This document shows positions 56,468 to 64,000 of a stretch of DNA of 64,000 bases, piece after piece. Both the position numbers and the translations under genes were made by a program. Position 1 is the stretch's first letter. Each line of letters opens with the position of its first letter. A model generated the notes under the pieces. The model did not search any database, had not been told where the DNA came from, and was given only the letters and a program-made list of their open reading frames with translations. The DNA comes from a virus, in UHGV virus genome UHGV-0348865; one strand, 5' to 3'.

Positions 56468-57820
56468 GTGAGCAACCCGGACGCTCTTCCATTTTTGACA
56501 GAGATGACTGTCGCTGATATAATCTCTAAGCAAGCAAAGCACGGAGTGAGTTTCAACCGAAGAAATGCTCGGTGGTATGTTCACCTCCTTAAAGAGATTA
56601 TTGTTAATATTGACAGAGAGTTGATTCCTCTCTTACCCAAGATGAGATTAGATGGCTCTACTTATATGAAGCCGTTTAAGAAGTCTGGAGCTTTACAGAA
56701 GTGGCCTCAAGCCTATTGTGATAGGGTTGGGCTGAAGAGAGAAGACATTGGTGGAGCTTTCACCTGTGTCGAATACGTAGACTTTGACCCATCGAAAGAT
56801 GCACGAGTTAAAGAAGCTCTTATGGATGAGGGCTTTCTTCCTCCAGAGTTTAACGTATCTAAGAAGCCTTGGAATACTTTCGAAATTAAGAAAGATATGA
56901 GAAAGTATGGAACATACCAAGCATGGTATACTGCTTGGATGCGAGGCAATGCTAAGCAGAAGCAGACAGCTGAGATGGTTGACGCTGATATTAAGAAGTT
57001 CTTAGAAAAGCATTTCAGGTTTAAAACTAAGAATTACATGAAGGCTTACGTGTTTGGTTTAGGTTTAAACCCTAACCGACGTAATCCTGTAACGTTTGAT
57101 GAGATTAAGAAAGCACTAGCCACATCAAACAAGTGGCCTACAGCTCCTACAAACCTCGAGGAGACTCTTGAAGAAGGGTTAGGGGGTGAGCTAGGGAGTG
57201 TCGGAAGTTTGCTTAAGAGACGCGTTGTAGCGGCTCACAGGCTGGGTCTTATCAGTGGACTTATAGCAAAGGAACGCGAAGATGGTAAACTTTCGGCAGA
57301 AGCTAACAGCTGCGCTACGCCAACTTTTCGATTCAAACATCGTATCGTGGTTAATATTCCCTCCCGTGGTTTGTTTGGTCACGAGTGTCGCAGTTTGTTT
57401 GAGTCTGACTATAACTCAGACAGTGATCACTCTCGTCCTTTCGTTATTACTAACGTTGTTCCTGATGGTTGTTATATACGAAAAGGTACTAACGTAATTT
57501 ACGAGAAAGGTAAGCCGGGGAAGAAAGACAAACCTGTAGGTGCTTACAAATATTACATACCCGCTGGTAAAGAAGTATTCTTAGGGTATGATGGTTCTGG
57601 GCTTGAACTTCGTATGCTCGCTCACTACCTCATTAAAGAGTGTAGGGATATGCTTGCTGAGGCAATCGAAGAGAACAACCCAGCTAAGAAAGCTCTGGCA
57701 GAACGTGGTTTAGCTTCTGCTATTATGTATCGTGATATTCTCCTTGAAGGTGATATTCACTCCCACAACCAGAAACTTGCTGGTCTTCCTACTCGTGACA
57801 ATGCTAAAACGTTTATCTGA
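56468..57820 (+). CDS. DNA polymerase (T7 gp5-like, family A) polymerase-domain fragment 1
   Basis: GYDGSGLELRMLAHY and LEGDIHSHNQKLAGLPTRDNAKTFI align with T7 DNA polymerase; ORF stops right after TFI. Confidence 0.8.
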   Translation: MSNPDALPFLTEMTVADIISKQAKHGVSFNRRNARWYVHLLKEIIVNIDRELIPLLPKMRLDGSTYMKPFKKSGALQKWPQAYCDRVGLKREDIGGAFTCVEYVDFDPSKDARVKEALMDEGFLPPEFNVSKKPWNTFEIKKDMRKYGTYQAWYTAWMRGNAKQKQTAEMVDADIKKFLEKHFRFKTKNYMKAYVFGLGLNPNRRNPVTFDEIKKALATSNKWPTAPTNLEETLEEGLGGELGSVGSLLKRRVVAAHRLGLISGLIAKEREDGKLSAEANSCATPTFRFKHRIVVNIPSRGLFGHECRSLFESDYNSDSDHSRPFVITNVVPDGCYIRKGTNVIYEKGKPGKKDKPVGAYKYYIPAGKEVFLGYDGSGLELRMLAHYLIKECRDMLAEAIEENNPAKKALAERGLASAIMYRDILLEGDIHSHNQKLAGLPTRDNAKTFI

Positions 57821-57933
57821 CGTAAATGGATACTTCGAGAGTAATCTCGTCGATTAAATTGGGTGAACTCAGGGAAACTCTCTAGTAGACAATCCTGAGC
57901 CAAGCAAGTATTCTATAGCAACTCAACAAGGAG

Positions 57934-58440
57934 GTGCTTATGGAATATACAACTGTAACTAAAACTAAAGAAGAACAGACTGCCGAGGCAGGTAAATACC
58001 CTCAAGGTCAGTTCAACCCAAAACCTTGTCGTAATTGCTCAAAAGATTTTCAACCAAATGCACCATCTGAACATTATTGCTCTGATGGATGCAAAGATAG
58101 AGGCTGGAGAAATTCATACTTCAAACGAATGTATGGAATCACAGCCGATGATTACGAAAAGATGTACGCTGATCAGGATGGGAAGTGTGCTATCTGTAAG
58201 GGCGAAGGGTTTGTAATGGCAACACATCACAGAATTAGACTTGTGGTTGATCATTGCCATGAATCTGGAGTAATACGTGGTCTGTTGTGCCACAACTGCA
58301 ACAGAGCTTTAGGGCTACTGAAAGATGATGTTAGCCGATTAGAAACAGCTATAGAATACTTGAAGGTGCAACGACTATCCGAAAGGAGTACACCGGAAGC
58401 TGATGCCGGTGGAAGCGCCCAACCCCTCGACAGAGGGTGA
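57934..58440 (+). CDS. HNH / endonuclease VII-like homing endonuclease inserted within DNA polymerase gene
   Basis: Cys-rich N-terminus, motif HRIRLVVDHCHESGVIRGLLCHNCNRALG (His-Me finger). Confidence 0.65.
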   Translation: MLMEYTTVTKTKEEQTAEAGKYPQGQFNPKPCRNCSKDFQPNAPSEHYCSDGCKDRGWRNSYFKRMYGITADDYEKMYADQDGKCAICKGEGFVMATHHRIRLVVDHCHESGVIRGLLCHNCNRALGLLKDDVSRLETAIEYLKVQRLSERSTPEADAGGSAQPLDRG

Positions 58441-58496
58441 TGATATAGTCTATCCTACACGGCGACGTGTAGCAGTTCATAAGAGAACGGGCAGGA

Positions 58497-59018
58497 GTGT
58501 TGCGGCTCCTGTCGAATATACGAGATGCATTCAACTACGGTGCTGGTGATGCTAAGCTAGGTTCAATTGTAGGAGGCGGGGCTGACGAAGGTTCAGTGAT
58601 GCGAGCACGTTTCTTGGCAGAGAACCCATGTATTGCAATCCTTATTGATCGTATGACAGAAAAGGCTGCTCAGGGATACTTGATTGGTGTTGATGGTCGT
58701 AAGATTACAATGAGACGAGATGCCACTGGTAAAGTTATGGTTCATAAAGCTCTTAACACACTCCTGCAATGTGCTGGTGCTGTTGTTATGAAATATGCTA
58801 TGATGTTCCTAAACAAGTGGATTGAGAGAGATGGAGTTCGTTGTGCTAAGGTAATTGATATGCACGATGAAGGTCAATTCTCAGTAAACCGTAATGATGT
58901 ACAGAAACTCAAAGAGCACACCGAGCTTTGTGTTAAGAAGGCTGGTGAGTATTTGAACATGGAGTGTCCTCTGGCTTCTGATTGTCAGATTGGATTAAAT
59001 TGGATGCATACGCACTAA
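58497..59018 (+). CDS. DNA polymerase (T7 gp5-like) polymerase-domain fragment 2
   Basis: GTG start; AFNYGAGDAKLGSIVGG and KALNTLLQCAGAVV align with T7 YGFLYGAGDEKIGQIVGAG and ALNTLLQSAGAL. Confidence 0.8.
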   Translation: MLRLLSNIRDAFNYGAGDAKLGSIVGGGADEGSVMRARFLAENPCIAILIDRMTEKAAQGYLIGVDGRKITMRRDATGKVMVHKALNTLLQCAGAVVMKYAMMFLNKWIERDGVRCAKVIDMHDEGQFSVNRNDVQKLKEHTELCVKKAGEYLNMECPLASDCQIGLNWMHTH

Positions 59019-59579
59019 AATCAGAACTGAAAGACCGGAACACAAATGAACTATTCTTATTGATTGGTTCGTAACAAGGAGATTGAAGTGGAAGAGATGC
59101 CATCGGATTGGTGTTATCGTCAGAGCGCCATCTGTAATGAACAAGGACGTCCTGATGAGGCTGAGTTTTATTTAGAACTTGCTGAACTGTGGAAAGAACG
59201 AGAGGAGAAAGAGTGATGGAAGGTATTTACCGTAAGCCACCTCCAAAATATAACATCCTTTATACTGATGCAACAGGCGAGTTTAGAAGTGTGTTAGTTT
59301 ACACGGATGAAGAACGAAACCAAATGGTTGCTGCTATTGAAGCCAATGGTGGTACAATCATGCGAATTTATAACATAACATAACATAAGGAATATCAATG
59401 ACTGCTTCTGAATTAAAAGAAACCCTATCCACTGAAGAAGGTAAAGCTTTCTTCTTATCTCAAGTACACTCTATGGGTAAAGATGCCCTTCGCCAAGCAG
59501 TCGTTGAGCTTACTGGTGTAGTGATTGACTTGAGCATTGAAAACGAAACACTTGAAGCTAAAGTGAACAGTTAAATAAG

Positions 59580-59603
59580 AAGCTGCCTTCGGGCGGCTTT
59601 TCT
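59580..59603 (+). terminator. rho-independent terminator
   Basis: AAGCTGCC-TTCG-GGCGGCTT hairpin followed by TTCTTGT. Confidence 0.55.
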
Positions 59604-59620
59604 TGTCTAAAGGATTTGAC

Positions 59621-60013
59621 ATGAATATTGGTTTAGACTATGATGACACTTACACAGCAGATAGACGTCTGTGGAGAGATGTGATAGGTTTAATGAAAGA
59701 GTACGGACATGATGTAAGATTCGTGACTTTCCGTTTCTCAGAGCCTAATGGTTATGATAACGTGGATATCCTCTACGATGCAGAGACCCTGCAAATCCCT
59801 GTCATCTTTTGTAATGGTGTGCAGAAGGATGATGTGTGTCGACAGTTAGGTTTCTTTGTAGATATCTGGATTGATGACTTCCCTGTTGGAATCCCCAAAA
59901 AGGACCACCTAGATGGTATGCTGAAGGGTGTGAGACTTAATGACCTTAGGGCAGCACCTCCTGTAGAAATAGCCGCTCCTGTGTACTCTGAAGAGCCTTT
60001 GGTGATACGTTAA
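59621..60013 (+). CDS. HAD-like phosphatase (possible deoxynucleotidase)
   Basis: N-terminal IGLDYDDTYT resembles HAD motif I DxDxT. Confidence 0.4.
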   Translation: MNIGLDYDDTYTADRRLWRDVIGLMKEYGHDVRFVTFRFSEPNGYDNVDILYDAETLQIPVIFCNGVQKDDVCRQLGFFVDIWIDDFPVGIPKKDHLDGMLKGVRLNDLRAAPPVEIAAPVYSEEPLVIR

Positions 60014-60360
60014 TAAGGAAGATTAAATGATTTGGGTTCACACTTATAAGATTGGAAAGAAAGTAATTACTGTTGTACATCACTCTGAAGAAAGCGCTAT
60101 CGCTTCTCAAGAAGTTCTTAAAGGTGAAGTTAAAGTATACGCTGAAGTAAAAGGAACAGAAAATGATTAATAAGATTAAAGATAATGAATATTTACTTAA
60201 CTCTTCTATTTTAGATAATGGAAATACTATTGATTTCATTACTCTTTCAGAGTTAAAAGAGTTAGTAGATTCCTTATATTCAGAGGAACAAAATCGTTTA
60301 TTACAAGAGTCTCTTAGTGGAGACTATGTTTGTGATGGGTGTTTAATTTAAGAGGTCTTT

Positions 60361-60864
60361 ATGGCTGAAGTTTATTTTGCAGGAGATGGTCATTTAGGTC
60401 ATCGTAACATCTGTAGTTTTCGTAAGCAATTTAAAAACATTGAAGAACACGACAAAGCAATTCTAGCTGCATTTGATCATGTAACTAAGCGTGATAAAGT
60501 CTTCTTTACTGGTGATTGGGTGTTTGAAAAGTATGCCCTTGATATCATCGCTGAAGTAAAAGGGGATAAGCATCTAGTCTTAGGGAACCATGACAGGTTA
60601 GAACTTCTCCCTGATATGATGAAAGTCTTCCGTAGAATCTCTGGTGATTATAAATATAAAGAGTTTTGGGTAACTCATATTCCTATTCACACTGATGAAA
60701 TGAGAGGGAAGTTTAATATTTATGCTCATACCCATAATCATGTAATTGATGATTGGAGATATTTCTGTACATCAATGGAGCAAATTAATTATAAAGCTGT
60801 TTCTCTGCAAGAGATTAGGAAGGTTTTCGATGAAAGAAGAAAAGAACAAGATCTCATTATTTAA
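60361..60864 (+). CDS. metallophosphoesterase (calcineurin-like)
   Basis: GDGHLGH, GDWV, GNHD and HTHNH motifs in canonical order. Confidence 0.6.
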   Translation: MAEVYFAGDGHLGHRNICSFRKQFKNIEEHDKAILAAFDHVTKRDKVFFTGDWVFEKYALDIIAEVKGDKHLVLGNHDRLELLPDMMKVFRRISGDYKYKEFWVTHIPIHTDEMRGKFNIYAHTHNHVIDDWRYFCTSMEQINYKAVSLQEIRKVFDERRKEQDLII

Positions 60865-61555
60865 AGAACCTGTAGTTTATAAAGACTCTATCAGAGATAA
60901 ATATAATGAGATGTTAAAGAAACAAGCTGATTCTAATCTTCACTATCAGAGGATAGTAGAACAATCTAACTTTAAAGGTTTACTTGAATGGTAACTTATA
61001 TCCTTTACTTTTTAGCTTTCTTAGGAATAATCTTTTTATCTATTATTCTTGAATTTGGTTTAAGTAAATTAGTTAATTATTTAGGTAATAAGTAATTAAT
61101 ATTCTTTTAAATAGAGAATCAAAGTCCCTAGGAGTCCCTACAACCTAAATCAAGGAATCCTTAATTCTCTATTTTTATCTCGCAGGTGGCTCCTGCCCTT
61201 CCGGTAGTCTCTCAATTTCTTACAAACTTATGAGAGATTGTCGTCTGCGCCTTATCGTCGTCAGTCCCGTGCAATAACTTTATCAGCTATAACTTATATA
61301 CATTATAGCACTTAGAGATATACTACCATGAAATTTAATCATAAATATGCAGCTACAGAAAAAGCTAGAGCTTATGTAACTGCTAGACAGTCTCGGGTTT
61401 ATAAGAGACAGTCTCCAACAAATAACTCTAAAGAGACTTTTGTTTGGACAAAACCTACTACCTTCCGGTAGTTCCTACACTATATATGTAATGTATATTA
61501 TACATAACCGCTCAAAGAGAGCAACAATCTTTCAAATTAAATAAGGAAATTAATA

Positions 61556-62302
61556 ATGAGCATGATCCCAACTATCGCAACTGCTTCCCGTAAATCCAAC
61601 TACGATGTAATCCCTGATGGTGAATACGAAGCACGTATCGTTCGTGTAGTAGGTTTGGGTGTTCACAATCGTGACCCTTGGATTGACCCGAAGACCAAAG
61701 CAGTAACTCCTAAGAATCCGGCTTTCCGTATGGATTTAGCTTTCGAGCTGATTGGTGTTGATGCTACTGGTAAAGATTCCGATGGTAAGGCATTAGAACC
61801 ACGTCCTGCTTGTCAGTTCAAGAGCTATGATGTAAACCCACGAGCTAAGAACTCTGGTATTCTTGATCTTTGCAAGATGATTGACCCAAGTATTCAAGCA
61901 CTGAAAGGTGATCTGTCTTGGTTCAAGGATGTTCTGTTAGGTCAGCCTGTTAACATTCTGGTTAACTCTTATACTAACAAAGCTGGTGAAGTTAAAAACT
62001 CCATCAAGACCATTTCTCCAATCCCAACCAAATATCGTGCAGCAGTTGGTGAAGCTCGCAGTCCTCTGGTATTCTTCGAACCGTATGCTGAAACTGACGA
62101 GAACGTAGCATCCTATCAACTGATGTTCCCGTTCCAGCGCAACCTGCTTACTCAAGCTAATGACGCTAAGAACATGCCTCTGGCTGGTCGTGAAATTACT
62201 CGTGCTTCTGAAACAGAACAGAAAGAAGCTACTCCTTCAATCCCTACGATTGATAAAGAGCCTGCTTCTACTTATGAAGATGATAACGACAGCCCTTTTT
62301 GA
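61556..62302 (+). CDS. candidate single-stranded DNA-binding protein (T7 gp2.5-like)
   Basis: acidic C-terminal tail ending in Phe (YEDDNDSPF) as in T7 gp2.5; otherwise by context. Confidence 0.4.
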   Translation: MSMIPTIATASRKSNYDVIPDGEYEARIVRVVGLGVHNRDPWIDPKTKAVTPKNPAFRMDLAFELIGVDATGKDSDGKALEPRPACQFKSYDVNPRAKNSGILDLCKMIDPSIQALKGDLSWFKDVLLGQPVNILVNSYTNKAGEVKNSIKTISPIPTKYRAAVGEARSPLVFFEPYAETDENVASYQLMFPFQRNLLTQANDAKNMPLAGREITRASETEQKEATPSIPTIDKEPASTYEDDNDSPF

Positions 62303-62311
62303 GGATAAATA

Positions 62312-62725
62312 GTGGAAGAAATCTGGAAAGATCATCCAACTCATGAATTCCTGTCAGTATCCTCTCTAGGGAGGGTTCTGATAAAACCGTTTGAGTCTCC
62401 AATGCCATATGGAGGCTTTAGGGTTTATACAAGTAAGCCTTCCTATTGGGTAAATAAAGTAGACGGTAGATGTGTTTTTGTGAGTAAAAGATATAAGCTC
62501 AGAAAGAGGGTTCATATTCTGGTGTGTGAAACATTTAATGGGCCAAAACCGTTTGAAGGGGCAGTTGTAATGCACCTGAACGATAACCCGTTAGACAATA
62601 GACCTGAAAATCTTAAGTGGGGTTCTCAAAAAGATAACCTCAATACTGAGTCTTTTATTGCATACTGTAAATCAAGGGTTGGTGATGATAACCCTCGAGT
62701 AAAAGGTATGCATAAGTTCATATAA
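62312..62725 (+). CDS. HNH homing endonuclease
   Basis: VVMHLNDNPLDNRPENLKWGSQKDN motif. Confidence 0.55.
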   Translation: MEEIWKDHPTHEFLSVSSLGRVLIKPFESPMPYGGFRVYTSKPSYWVNKVDGRCVFVSKRYKLRKRVHILVCETFNGPKPFEGAVVMHLNDNPLDNRPENLKWGSQKDNLNTESFIAYCKSRVGDDNPRVKGMHKFI

Positions 62726-62747
62726 ATAACTCTCCTTGTTATAGCTT

Positions 62748-62770
62748 AGCCACCTCCGGGTGGCTTTTTT
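62748..62770 (+). terminator. rho-independent terminator
   Basis: AGCCACC-TCCG-GGTGGCT hairpin followed by TTTTT. Confidence 0.65.
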
Positions 62771-62783
62771 CGTTGGAGACAAC

Positions 62784-63134
62784 ATGCAAAACACATTAAG
62801 TGATAACTTAGGGTTTATCGTTTTCTCAGCTCTTGTATTCTTTGGTGGTATGAAGTTTAACGAATATCAAACAGATAGCAGTAATCTGGACAAAGAGAAG
62901 CACCAGCAAGAGTTAGAGATTGAAAGAAATAGAGCAGCTGATGAAGTTGCTCAGAGAGTTCTTACCGGTTTATCTAACTGGAAGAAGAACACGGAAACCG
63001 TTTATAAAGAGATGCATTATGAGAAAACTAAACCAGTTTTTTATAATGCCTGCGCTAGTGATGAGTATGTCAGCTTGTTCAATGAGCGACAACAGCAGGC
63101 AATCAATGCCCTTACCAACAAACCTAAAAGCTGA
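62784..63134 (+). CDS. candidate i-spanin (Rz-like)
   Basis: N-terminal transmembrane segment then helical periplasmic region; contains embedded lipoprotein ORF in another frame. Confidence 0.45.
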   Translation: MQNTLSDNLGFIVFSALVFFGGMKFNEYQTDSSNLDKEKHQQELEIERNRAADEVAQRVLTGLSNWKKNTETVYKEMHYEKTKPVFYNACASDEYVSLFNERQQQAINALTNKPKS

Positions 63135-63278
63135 ATGTAGGGTTGACCTGCCTCTTTTAGAAAGTGCTCAAGGAAAAGCACTAGCCACTACGTTGGAGTG
63201 GTATCAGGACCAGTACACAGAATGTGCTGCCAATCACAATGGATTGTTAGAAGCTCTGAAAGAACGTGGAATAAAATA

Positions 63279-63279
<1 letters not shown>
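63019..63279 (+). CDS. candidate o-spanin (Rz1-like lipoprotein) overlapping the i-spanin gene
   Basis: signal peptide ending SMSAC (lipobox-like), Pro/Cys-containing short mature part; overlaps and extends past 62784..63134. Confidence 0.4.

Positions 63280-64000
<721 letters not shown>

Overview
The window reads as a densely coded segment of a lytic double-stranded DNA phage genome (no integrase or repressor module seen), probably infecting an enterobacterial host (sigma70-like promoters, AGGAGG-type ribosome-binding sites). Coordinates 1-20200 carry a late/structural module on the minus strand: small and large terminase, portal, an acidic scaffold-like protein, major capsid with a downstream Ig-like ORF reachable by a -1 frameshift, two paralogous tail fibres with C-terminal self-cleaving chaperone domains, a T4-lysozyme-like endolysin and further tail proteins. 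Coordinates 20200-24260 are a divergent, largely ORF-free control region with direct repeats and a tandem array of consensus sigma70 promoters. Coordinates 24260-64000 carry early/middle genes on the plus strand: many small ORFs including a family of at least 9 diverged small paralogues, an HTH antitoxin-like gene, tRNA-like elements, a cluster of amidoligase / class-II glutamine amidotransferase / ATP-grasp / gamma-glutamyl-cyclotransferase-like genes, T7-type primase-helicase, a T7-type DNA polymerase encoded in three separated pieces (one junction occupied by an HNH endonuclease gene), a CCA-adding-type nucleotidyltransferase, dCTP deaminase, ThyX-like protein, thioredoxin, Dps-like protein, PhoH, five HNH endonucleases, phosphoesterases, an SSB candidate, an embedded spanin pair, a macrodomain protein and the start of a sigma-factor gene. 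The most promising candidate for an undescribed system is the ligase/amidotransferase cluster at 36245-45621 next to the replication genes, which may be a DNA-base or protein hypermodification pathway. All functional calls rest on motif recognition by eye and on gene context; no database search was run.
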